A stretch of 64,000 nt of DNA, taken from positions 83,552-147,551 of the forward strand of contig RBZT01000215.1 in assembly GCA_003693705.1 (NCBI GenBank). Reading direction: 5' to 3'. The translations under genes were made by a program, and so were the position numbers. This document shows positions 49,410 through 62,100 of this stretch, in pieces. The notes beneath the pieces are model-generated. The model made no database searches. It was not told the origin of the DNA and saw only the letters and a program-made list of their open reading frames with translations. How positions within the stretch are numbered: the first letter of the stretch is position 1; every line of letters begins with the position of its first letter. The DNA is from Polymyxa betae A26-41 (lineage: Eukaryota; Protista; Endomyxa: Phytomyxea).

Positions 49410-51673
49410 ATGACCTTGGAAGATTGGCGCCGTTCTATTTCCGCTGCCGGGACGATTGCATCAGTTCCTAACTAGTTCGTTTATCTCCAAACCCCAACCC
49501 TGGATGCCGCCCTCAAATCCTCTCAGCAGTATTCGTATGACATACGAATTCTGTATTGAAGGCATCACTTGTGCAAGGGAGGGGGATGCAACACGATCCC
49601 TTCGTCTGTTCAATGACGCTCTCCTGATAACACCCACGAGCTCAGCCGCCCATCTCTGTATCGGTCTGCGATATCTAGCTGAAGGAATGGCTCGTGATGC
49701 ATTACATCATTTCAATCAAGGTTTGGAGGTTGCATCTACTCCATACTGTCGTAGTCGTCTATTACGATGTCGTGCTCTTCTGCATCATTCCACACGAGAT
49801 TATGACGACGCCCTGGCGGATTTCGACGCCGCTCTGGTCCTGGACCCGGATTTCGCCGACGCCTACTACCTGCGAGGTCTGGTCTCGTACGACCTGAAAC
49901 GATTCGACAAATGTGTTGACGATATGACCAATGCCATTAAGCTATCAGATCCATCAGCTTCAGCAGCTGCTTATATGAATCGTGGTAATGCTTATACAGA
50001 GCTGGGTCGTTATACATCTGCTATTCGTGATCTTACAATGGCTATTGAATATGATACTCGTACATCTGTCATTTATTATAATCGTGCCAATGTATATTGT
50101 CTAACAAGAGATTTGCATCTGGCTCTGGCTGATTATACCAAATCTATTGAACTGGATCCGTATCATGCAAGTGCATACTTCAATCGTGGCAATACCTATC
50201 ATGAACTTGGTGAGTAGTGTGTTTTCCATTCAGTTTCTTCTAGGGTTTAGGGTTTCCTGATCCATGCTGTATATTGACTTTCTATTAGGACAATATCAAC
50301 TGGCTATTGCTGATTTCACCAATGCCATCGCCTTAGATCCAGCTGATGCAGCTCGATTTTTAGAATCACGTGGATGTTCATACTGTCGTCTGGGCCAGGT
50401 TGAATCCGCCTACGATGACTTCTCCAAAGCTCTTGGATTACGTCCAGATTCATCAACTGTTTACCTGAATCGGTCCACGGTTTTATTCCGTCTTGGTCGA
50501 TACAAGGAAGCTCTACATGATCTAAACAGCTGCTTGGTATTAAATCAGACCTGTGCTATGGCTTATACTAAGCGAGCTGATATTCACGTTCGATTCAAGA
50601 AATATGAGAAAGCAGCTCAAGATTTCACAACCGCTCTGGAACTCAATCCGGATGATGCCTACTCTTTGTATATGCGAGGTCGCTGCCGCCTGAAACTGGG
50701 CCAGCACGCCCAGGCGATCAGCGATTTCACGACCGTGATTCGGGTGGAGCCCACGTTCGTGCGTGCTTATTTGGAGCGTGCAGGAGCGTATTCATCGAAA
50801 TCGGTGCAGGAGTATCGTCTAGCAATTGACGATTATACGAAAGCGTTGGAGTTGAACCCGGATGATGCTGATGCATATGTTTCTAGAGCTAAGGCGGCTC
50901 AAGCTTTAAATCAGCAATGCCGAGCTATTCGAGATTGTGATGAGGCCCTGAAACTGGCTCCAGACAATGTTGACGCCATGGCCATGCGTGCCAAATGTTA
51001 TGCTGAATTCGGCGCCTTTGATCAAGCTCTACATTCGATTAATTCTGCTCTGCGACGATTACCAGAATCAGCACTTCTCTTAGCGTGTCGAGCTGATATT
51101 TACATGTCGCTTGGACGTCCTGATCTGGCTCTTGATGATTATGGTGAGGTTGTCGCTCTCTCTCCTGAATCCAATGCTGCCATCTCTGGCGTCGTTTTAG
51201 CACGACGCGCCCTCGGCCAAAACTCGATCGGCGCCCAGTTTGACGCTATTGAGTGGCATTTGCAAAAAGCCAGACGTCTATCGCTGTCGATCCCGAACCG
51301 AGAACGATTGGCGCGTGCTTTGCTGAGTCTGCGCCTGGACCAGTACGACGTGGTTCTGAAAGAGATCGATACGGCCCTGGAGGTTGAGACTGCTGAGGTT
51401 CGAGAGCATTTGTTGGAGAGCAGATCTATGATACAAGTACATCAGAGCAGCAAAGCAAGACAGATATTAGGATTAGGATTAGATGGAGTTGTAACTAGAT
51501 CATGGCAGATGGGAGCTCAACATCATACAAGATCTGATAGTCTTCGATCGGCTGTATTCAGTTCGGAACCGAAATCTGCTAATCGACGTCTTGTTGCACA
51601 TATGCAATGGAGAAGTAATCTTCGAAGAAGTATCTCTTCATTGCTCTCACGAAGTCGACATCCTCCATTGTAA
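49410..51673 (+). CDS. Tetratricopeptide-repeat protein (many TPRs); intron 50210-50288; start uncertain (49410 or 49504)
   Basis: Repeated 'AY.NRG..Y..LG.Y..AI.D.T.AIELDP' units across ORFs 49456-50217 and 50264-51673. Confidence 0.88.
50241..50255 (+). repeat. Intronic telomere-like repeat TAGGGTTTAGGGTTT
   Basis: Lies inside TPR-gene intron 50210-50288. Confidence 0.8.
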
Positions 51674-52050
51674 AATTAGCCCTCTATGCTGGAATTACCA
51701 GTTATAAATAAATATTCTATATCACAATCATGCTCTAGGCCAGTATAACGTCGTTGCTTCATCTGGAATTTGTTTTCGATTCATCAGTATAGTCGCGAAC
51801 GTGTTAGATTAAGTTGCATTCTGCATTGGTACCTACTGTATGAAGCTTTTGCATCTGCAGTGAAGGCTCTCAGAGAAAACCATATTTTAAGGCAGAATGG
51901 CGCAACCTCCTCTGTGTATAATGTTACCACTATTAAATAATGTATTCTGTTACATTGCATTCTCGAATATCTGTCGATCTTCATCTCAGATTTGAATATG
52001 ACCAAATCGGTTACTGGTACCAGACGGATCGTTCTTAGATTTGCTCAATC

Positions 52051-53614
52051 ATGGATTCCACGCAATCGTCCAATGTGGAGAGCCATCAAGCTGCCGACGC
52101 AAATATCATTGCATGTCAGAGCAGACAGTATCGATTTCGTTGGATAATCGTATTACTGTTCGATATTGTCTCCTTCGTTAATGCAATATTATGGATTTCG
52201 TTCACGCCCGTCAATTCTTATGCTCAAGCGTAATCCAGCACTTTTCCTTGATGTTCCCAATTTACAAATGATATAGGTACTATGGAGTCTCGGCTGCAAG
52301 CATAGATCTATTTAGCACCATGTTTATGATATTGTGAGAAGAGTAATGCGACTATGTCAATCGTGGTAAATTTCGTACAGATTCCTTCCCGGTCTGATCC
52401 TGTGTGCGTTTTCCACCCACAGATATGGATCAAAAATTACTGTAAGATTTCCGAATATTTTGATCATACTACGAGCTGATCAGATTTGCAGTGTGTTTCT
52501 GCATCTGCTCTGAATTTTGTTGCTGCGCTGCTGCGATATTCAAGTACACTGGATGATAAACGAGCTCGTCCTGGAGGTTATGGCATTGCCTTATGTGGGC
52601 AGATACTCGCTAGTTTGGCCCAGCCGATTTCCATCTCACTACCAGGACGAATAGCTACTGTTTGGTTCTCTGATACTCAACGGAACATTGCCATTGTTCT
52701 ATTATCGCTCAGCAATTTTCTGGGTATTGCTGTCGGCCAGATTCTACCCGGAATCTTCGTCGATGCTGAATCAGGCTTTCCAAACTTACAGCTCGCCGTA
52801 CTCATCTTGGCGACTATCTCTTTTCTAGGGTGCCTTCTAATGTTTAGAGAAGCCCCTCCAACGCCACCCTCTTCACACGCTGCAGATCGCTTGGAGCAGG
52901 AGAAAACGAACAATTTCGTTGGACATCTATCCTCCAACACTCGTCTTCTGTTTCAAAAAAGAAGTTTCTTAGCGTTATCAGTTGGTTTTGGTTTTGGTCT
53001 TGGCGTATTCAATGTATTATTAACCAAGATCGAAGTTATTGTATTCCCTTTTAGTCCAGAAGATGCAGGAATATTTGGGGCTGTCTGTATGATATCTGGT
53101 TTTCTGGGCTCAGGTATGGCTAATAGCGTTTATGATGGTCCACAACCAGATCGTCTGAAGGTTTTCTGCAGGCATATTCGGAGCAACAATGGACGCCACA
53201 CTTGCACATCACCGGATTTTACGAATTTGTACTTTTACGAGTCTAATTCTCTTAACGCTCCTATTTGTCTCTTTGAAACTGAACGGATCGTTCGCGGTTG
53301 TATGCCTCGTATTCGGTGCATTGGGTTTCTTCCTTCTACCGCTGATGCCAATTTGCATCGAATGTGCTGCATTATGTACATATCCTGTACCGGAAGAGAT
53401 GTCAACTGGAGCCTTAGTGCTATTTGGCAATGTCTTAGGCTTTCTTGGAACGCTGATAACTAACGATTATTCATCAGAAAGTCTCATATCTGCAGTTTCT
53501 GTCGGCAATCTCATACTGTCGTTAGCGTATATTATCGCTGCCATTGCAATGCTGTTCTTTCAGAGTGAAACATCAGTTCGTCTTTCAAAACCAATTGCGA
53601 CAGAGCTCGAGTAG
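52051..53614 (+). CDS. MFS transporter, FLVCR/SLC49 family, multi-exon
   Basis: YRFRWIIV..F..NAILWISFTP, GQILASLAQP....PGRIATVWF..QRNIA, FREAPPTPPS, ECAALCTYPVPEEMSTG. Confidence 0.88.
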
Positions 53615-53684
53615 TGCATGTTGATTAGTTTGAACTATTTATTCAGAAATCTTGTCTACCAAGATGCCGCATCGCTAATGACGA

Positions 53685-54479
53685 TTAAACAGACCCAGTC
53701 AGCGGGTAGCGAGCTGCTTCTAGTTCAGGTACTGGAATATCAATATCTGGAAATACTCGGACAGCTCTGGGCAGTTCATGCTCTTGTATGATTTGATCAT
53801 GGAAATAAATACGTCTCAGGCGACAATTAGCAAAGACTCGGACTCGAATTGTGTGCCGAAGATTAGTACCAAACAGAAGTAAGCACAACGTCTGCAAGTC
53901 CAGTATGATGCAATTCCAACCGGGGACAAGATGCATTGGGATCGTGGCTAAGTTGTCCTTACACCTTGAGAAGCAAACTTAGAGAGCTGCTGTAATGTGA
54001 CAGCAACGAATACCTTGCTAAAGACTGGGCAGACGATGAACGTATTGTTCTTTTAATGCCACTGCTATCTTCAATCTCGATCTCGAACGCCACGAACTTG
54101 TTCAGATTCTTCAAGTGCAACGTGACATAAGGAAACGGTGTGCCAATAATCTTGGATTCGTCTGGGAACGACATAGCAACCTTGTAGAATGTATCGCAGG
54201 TCAGCTCGATAACTTCGCTCTTTAGCTGGAGATCTTCGACAATGATCATCTCCGATAATGCAGTATCGGCAACTATGCAAGAATGAGAAATAAATCGGGC
54301 AAATACAATAGGTCGTCAGACTTGCCTTCCGATTCCCAACCATCGATATCGAATTCTGGCTGCAGCCCAAACGGCAAAATGGAGAACACATGATCAACCA
54401 TTGAAAAGAAAGCCTGACTACTCTGGGAGATGAGTACTGACGAATCGATCTCATACAGCTTCAGTAAGATTTCCATCAT
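53685..54479 (-). CDS. Divergent CFAP20/BUG22 (DUF667) family protein, multi-exon, with a GC-AG intron 54273-54325
   Basis: LHLKNLNKFVAFEIEIED..GIKRTIRSS, IPMHLVPGWNCIILDL, RVRVFANCRLRRIYFHD...ELP. Confidence 0.8.
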
Positions 54480-56112
54480 TTTGAGCAACCACAAGAATAT
54501 AGCTGAAACTGATTAAGAACTGTATTAAAATAATCCACTGCTGGCAGACTGGATGATTTGAAACAGGGCGGAACCAACGACAACGAAGACGAAAAATGCA
54601 ATCATCACAGGCCCAAGACTGCTGTTGCTTTCTGCTGATTTCGCCTAACACCATACTCACTATGAAATCAACTTGAACGTCACTGACAACACCGACCTTC
54701 GACCTGTTGTTAATCAGACCCCTCTTATTGACATTCTGATTGAAGAGTTCGGCAGCCTTTTTCCGGGGGTTAGCCTGTAAATCTTGGACGTGAGTGGCTG
54801 ACGCCCTGACGCGACATCGAACCTAACTCACCATGACGACGATGTCAAGCCAATGAGATAACGGAACAGGACAGAGATGAGTGAGACGTAACAATGATCG
54901 ACTGCTTGTGACGGCGGCACGTCGGTTCCGATCAACAGTCAAGAGACGAGGCCGCGCTCAACATTCGCGAATCATTTCCGTTACCGTGAATACCGTCCCC
55001 ACTGTCAGAGGATAGGGTTTGTGGCCAGTGGGAGGCCCCGCTTTCTCACGCGTCGTCGTCATTTCGTACTATTGATGAGTCGATGGCTGTCGCCCTTGGA
55101 TGAGCATAGTCTAAATTAAGATCCAATTCACAAATTGGACCGAAAACGATTATGATCGCCGCAAACGCAACGTTGTCATGATTGAAGAACCATATAAGCC
55201 AACAAAATGCTTGGGGAGTGTCTGCTGTTGCGAGATGGACATGCAGAGATCAGACACGAATGACTTGCTTATTGGATTCAAACTATAAGAGCAGCAGAAA
55301 GAACAACAGTAAATTTGATAGATAGATAATTAGAGATGTTTTTCAGTGGTACGTTGAGGAATTGGTCTCATTCTGGATCTTGTTTTAGGCGATACCTTTA
55401 TCTGATGCAGATAGAGCAGCAGAAAGCTGTCATAATTGCCAACATGAATAACAACCAACACAATTACATTTGAATATCAATGTATCAAAATGATGAACTC
55501 ATCAAGAATCCTCGAAATCAGCCCCTTATGTAGTCATGGTCCGTAAGGCAGGAAGGAGCCAGCAATGGATCCCAGCTCCCCGCATGTGTATGCGACCGTA
55601 CTGGCCCGCGCCAACCGAAAATCGGTTTTGTCTTGCACTGCTGTGATTCAGTGATTACGATTATAGAATCGATTGAGACCCATTGGTATTATGTTCCTTG
55701 CTATCATATCAATACAGCATTTGGAGGAATTTCTACCTAATGTACAGTGCCGACAGTCGTCCCTCCCATTATCATTGATGTCATTGTATTATATCTGATA
55801 TAACCAGCTCCATTTATATAGACACAATTGACGGCATCACATTTGAGATATCCATATAGGATGGAGCTCTGTTAATTGGTATTATACCCTTCATCATCTG
55901 TATTTATCTACATGTGTGCCAATAAAACAACCAAACTGCCGATTAGCTAAGTGCAAGTTATACTCAGTAATAGTTTCCGATTCAGTTATGGTAGAATTTG
56001 TCTAAGATGAAGAAGGTGAGAAGGTGACCAGATCGATCTATGTGTACTAGACATAATTTTCGTATTTCTGACTATGTATGATATATAATCAGCAGTAAAT
56101 TAGTATTAGGTC

Positions 56113-59100
56113 ATGTCATCAACAACAATTCCATTCAAACCACATCCGAAATCTCAGCAAGAATTTGAGTTTCGTGATGGCCAGCGTCCTCTAGCATTAG
56201 ATTGGTTAGATGAAGTTGGTAAATTCTATGAGAATCGTGCTCAAGATCCCCCTATACGTAAGACATCACGTATGTGCATCTGTATCTGCATGTCTCCATA
56301 TCATTATAATACTGATGAATAGGTCCTGGTACTAATGATGTATTAGAGATGATGATATTAGAGAATGCAGCAGATCTAGCACCTAATCTATCACATCATA
56401 GACGTATTATACGTCATGAAACTATCATACTATATCTCAAACTTGCTGCTGTATTCGATCGCACATTCGCCGTACAGGCCCAGTTCGAGGAGATCACCTC
56501 CCCAGATCGTATGATTATTGATATGGCGAGATCTCATGATATAATGAGTGTTGTGTGTATAGAGGAGAGATGGGTTATACCATCATTAATGAGATCAATT
56601 AGTAGCTGTATAACCCCAATGATTATTGGATTTGTAACAGGTCTAGAAGCCCATTATTTACAGGCTAATCTACATGTTAGAGATGTAGCTGTATCTGCAG
56701 TTACTGCACTTATACAATCTAATCGAAATATATTCCTACATAATGATCATTGTATGGATGTATGAAGTAACTAGATACTAATTGTAACTAACATATTGAT
56801 ATAGTGGCATCAATATGGAATTTAACCTTATTACTTGATGTTAATGATTGCCATCTTCCATCAATATTACTACCTGGAACACGTCTACCTATTATTATAT
56901 CATTACAATCATTAACAGATGTTATATGTCAAGGACATAGATCTCTAGTACGTGAACTTCTACGTCGGCTGCTGACCATGCCCGGGGCCAGTACGCCGGA
57001 GCGTGACGCCATTCGGGTCACGGTCCAGGGCTTGTTCCGCATTCTGGTTGATATCACATTCGGACATGGTACTGCTGATCGTAATGAAGGTGAAGCTGCT
57101 GCCAATAATGGAACACGACCTACACTAGCAGATGCATATGAGGCTATACAAGCTCTTGTCTCGGGACGTACCGAGGCCCAGTACGACCAGATTCACTGGG
57201 CGACTGCGACGCTGACCCGGATTGTGCGGCAGCAACAGTCGACGTTGCATCCGTCAACGAAATGGTCTGGAGATTGTTTAGGGTTTTAGGGTTTGGTTGT
57301 GACTTGTGTGTATAGGTTCTTAGATCAGTTAGTAATGCATCTATCACCTACATCTCCATCATTAGTTAGATATGGTATATGTCTAATAGTATCAGCTGTA
57401 ATAGAGGTATGGCCTGAATCAATAGATATCATACCAGATCTATATTCGAATATTATTAATTCATGTAATGATACATCATTAATAATACGAGATGTATCAC
57501 TATCTATTCTATATTCAATAGCTACATATCGCAATCTCCTATCATTAGTTGATCTTATACAAGCATATGATAGTATACGTCATGGATCTTGTTATATTAA
57601 TATACAGAATAATCATACAGGACATCAACAACCTGTTAGATCACATCCCGTTATATTATCTGATATTCTAGCTGAAGCTGTTATGTATGGACCTAATCTA
57701 TCATCATATCAACTGACATCATTACTGGCATCATCACGTTACATGTCGCCACAGATCCAACTCGACACGTTACATCTCGTCTGTCATTGGGCTAACAGAG
57801 CCCAGGATCTCGACCCACATCTGTAAGTGTGTGTTACAACGCATTCTAAACCCTAAAACCCTATGTTTAGTGTCCAACAATTATTACCAATGTTACAAAC
57901 ACGTCAATCTAATATTCAAATAGCGATCTTATCTATATTTCGTGCACTTAATCGTGCATTACCTACAATGTCCCGATCATTATTACGTAGCTCAGAGACA
58001 TATTTCCGTCAGTTATTATCTGGTCATGATCATACAGATACAGATGCAGATAATAGTATGATATTAGTATTAGATGTATTAGCTATGTTCCCATTACATG
58101 ATCTACCTGCTATACGTATACAGAATCTATTATCTCATCATTTAGGTCCATGTGCATTCTCTAGATCATGTCAATTACGTCATGCATTATATAATGTATT
58201 ATCGGGATCACGTAGATTCTGGATAACAAATGATCTATCATATTCGGCATTATGTATATTATTAATAGCGATTGGAGATGAAGATATTGATGCTGTTCAA
58301 TCAGCTGTTCGAGGGTTTCAGGATGTTAGTTCTGGACCTCAATGGAAGAGTGCTGCATCTACATCAACATTTCATTCATTATTAATTCGATCTGGTATTG
58401 CATTAAGACATAGAGATCAAGGTGTGATTATCGCTATTGCTTAATATTGGGTTATTAACTATCATATAGCTGTACGTATTAGTGCATATGATCATATAGT
58501 CAATGCTATATGTAATTGGACAGATCAGGATCCATTATATGGAATACTGGTCCACCTGACCCGATCTGGATCCATTGGCGATCTAGTACGACAACGTGTT
58601 GATGGATTATTAAGTGAATCTGGATCTGTTAATATATCATTATCATCAACATCCTTACAAGTATTAGATTCATGTTCACATAGTATATATTGGTATATAT
58701 TATTATTTAGTAAGTTGAATATATATATCAATCAGATACCGGCTGAGAGAGCTCTACGTTCTCTATTAACATCCACTGTATGTACTGCTGGCTGAAACCC
58801 TAAACCCTAACTAACACTTAGACAGCATGGTTATATTCGAGCTGCTGCTGTTGATACAACAATCAAGACCTGTTTCCGTGGTAGTATAGTTCATGGACGT
58901 ATTCTAGATCAAACTATAGCAGATGCTGTTGATGCATTGATTGTATCTGAAAATGAGGCCGTACAAGACAGCTGGATCTGCGTCCTGGATGGGCTGGTAC
59001 GGTATCAGATACCGGGTCTAAATCCCTGGCTTACAGCCCGATTATTACCAACATTAACAGATTTATATTCTGATAGACCATCTTCTGTATTACGTCATCT

Positions 59101-62100
59101 AGTTCATTTCCTTGATACATTAATTACCAATTATATCGCTAATACGTACGTTCCATCTTAGATTTTTCTCACAATCTTCTCTTTCTGTTTTCCAGTCAAT
59201 CGCTTCTGATTATTTTCGAGAACATTGCGCTTGTTCTGATGTTATATAATAGGGATATAATGGAATCAGCAGATGCAGTAATATCATCATGTATTGAGAG
59301 ATTACGTAATACAACCCGTCATCATCTAATAGCGAATATATCTGCTGCTGTACGTACATCATTAGAACAATTATATGGAATATTAGCAGAATGTGCTGCA
59401 CTATTACCTATTGCACATTTTGATGGAGAATCATATAGCGAGTTTCTATTAACAGATGTTAATGCTATGATTAATGATATTGGAGATCATGGTGGTGATC
59501 CACTTATTACTAATCTTACACAATATCAAAGACAATTGATTGGACGGGTTTCTATATCTGGACTTGGATCATGTAGACATACTACACTCATTCCAAAGGT
59601 AACATCAACACTGTCGTATATGTTACTGTTATCTGACATGATATAGATACTAACAACACTGTCATTGTTACTTTCCCATACTGATTATCAAGTACGTCGT
59701 GATGCTATTAGTAGTATATATCAGATACGTAATAATATGGGAGAACATGAGACTGAATTTCAATGGGATCTTAGTTCAGCTATATGGCAATCATTATCAT
59801 TATTATGTGATATAGATCTTGATGTTCGTGTACAATTAGAACGTGGATTATCACATGGACCTACATTATTATATATGTATATACAAGCTATACAAGCACC
59901 AGATCTATCGAAACAGATACAGCAAGCTATGTCTGTTCAGATTGATAGGGAGCGGTTCACCAGTCCAGACCAGTATGATTGCGGGTAAGCTGGCTCTGTT
60001 AGGGTTTTAGGGTTTCATATCAATGTATCTCTGTATATATCAGGATGATAGCATTATTGGCAGATTCTAATATTAGATCTACAATTGATGATGATTATGA
60101 GAAATATGCTGAGAAAGTCATGCAGATCCCACGTATGGATTCAGCATTTCTTGATAGGGTAAAACATTACATATTGGTCATGTTCCGCCGTACTGACCCG
60201 CTGTGTATGATAGGTCCGAGCTATTACTGCTAAATATATTCTATCTGGTCATGAACAGATTCATGCTGCTATACGTAATCTATGTAGATTTCTATCAGGT
60301 GGTACTACTGCTGGTAGTGCAGCTATTATTATCTCTCAGGTAACATAATGGATATAGGAGATGTAACATGTCATATTGATGTGTTATGTAGTTACTAGGT
60401 CTAGTATCAGATAATGCTGATATTCATGATGATATAATAGATCTGATATGTCGTCATATGGAATATAGTGTTACTGGTATTATACAGGATAAGATATATG
60501 GATTATGTGTAGCATTAACACAGATATCTACATATAGACCTATATTAACTGTACAACGGGTTGTATCATGGTCATGTTCTGCGTATGTAACATCATATAT
60601 GTCACTGTATATGTTACTGACCCTACATTTCTGATAGTAATCGTCATATTGATGTTAATGATGGATTAGTATATGCATTACATTCTGTTATAATACCAGT
60701 TATACATGATATAGATATAACACAATCTATTACATCTATACAGACATTCACATTATTGAATAGTCTACGTAGGGTATTACAGTCCACTGTATGTACTGAG
60801 CTGGAACCCTAAAACCCTAACCCTAAACTACTTGTATAGACTGCCACTAAATCGACTCAGAAATTAGCTCTAGATCTACATCTAGCTCTGACATCATTAT
60901 CAGATACAGGTCCAGTACTTATTACTAATCTATTAGATTTAATAGAAGCATTGCATGATCCAGATCTTCAAGATCAACTTATCCAAGCATTAAAACCGCA
61001 GTTTGCATCTGTAGATCAACATGATCCAGTTATACAAACCCTATTAGAACGTATTGATGAATATGAACAGAATGGGACTGTACAGGATCAGCAACGTGCG
61101 TTAACGTTACTCAGTATCGTATCGGATTCATTAGTTGATAACGATACATCATTGATGGGACGTGTATTAGCGTTACTGGCTGATACTGATCTACATGTAC
61201 GACGTCGTGCTATGAGGATGGTAACATATATATGTGGATGTATGTGTAACATGATACTGATATAGTATGTAACAGATAGTAAGTGGCTCATTAAGTGCGA
61301 GTATACAATCTCGTCTATGTCCAGTATTAGAACAACAACATAAACGTAATATTGATAGATCTATACATGGTAGATCACAATCTATTATACAAACTGCTGA
61401 CAAATTACAAGCTAATATGGCATTTCGATTACGTACATCATTCTTACGTATTAATGATTATTCAGTATTAAGTAATAATCATATATCAGCCACACATATG
61501 ACATCTAGTAACATATCTGATGACGAATCACATGGAACATCTACATCTACCATATCAGATGATCCACTTAATGTTACATATCTCTCATCAGAACGTTACA
61601 GTTGCATAGCTGCACGTTACCATAGTAATCTGATATTCAATCAAGATAAGATTGTTGATGATGCATCTACTGGTGAATATACAACACCACAACATATTAA
61701 TGCCATTGATCAGCAGGCCAGTACGGCCACATCAGCCAATACTGCTACTGGTGCTGCTACTACTGCTACATCCGCAGCAGGACGTACTGGCCCCGGCGGC
61801 GATGGGGATGGACGGCATACTATCGACGAGCAGTCCGAAGATCAGATATCGCTGGATGATGATGATGATCAGGCCGTACTGGTCCCTGTGCCGCCATCTG
61901 GAGCCGCATCCAGGCCATCGTTTCAACGTCGAACTACGGTGCAGTCCGTGACGGAGTCCGGGATGTCTCCCCGCGCACTCCGTAAGTTATCGTCCACGTC
62001 ATCAACATCGGGAGGTAATAGTCGGCGGACATCGTCATCTACATTATTTAATGGCGGGAATGGATCACGAGCTAGATTACGACGAGAATCAGCTCGAGGT

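Noticed and set aside
55514-55575. GGTCCGTAAGGCAGGAAGGAGCCAGC resembling SRP RNA helix 8
   Set aside because: The conserved internal-loop pairing (CAGG...AGCAG) is not matched and I could not build the rest of the SRP fold. An Infernal/Rfam search would settle it.
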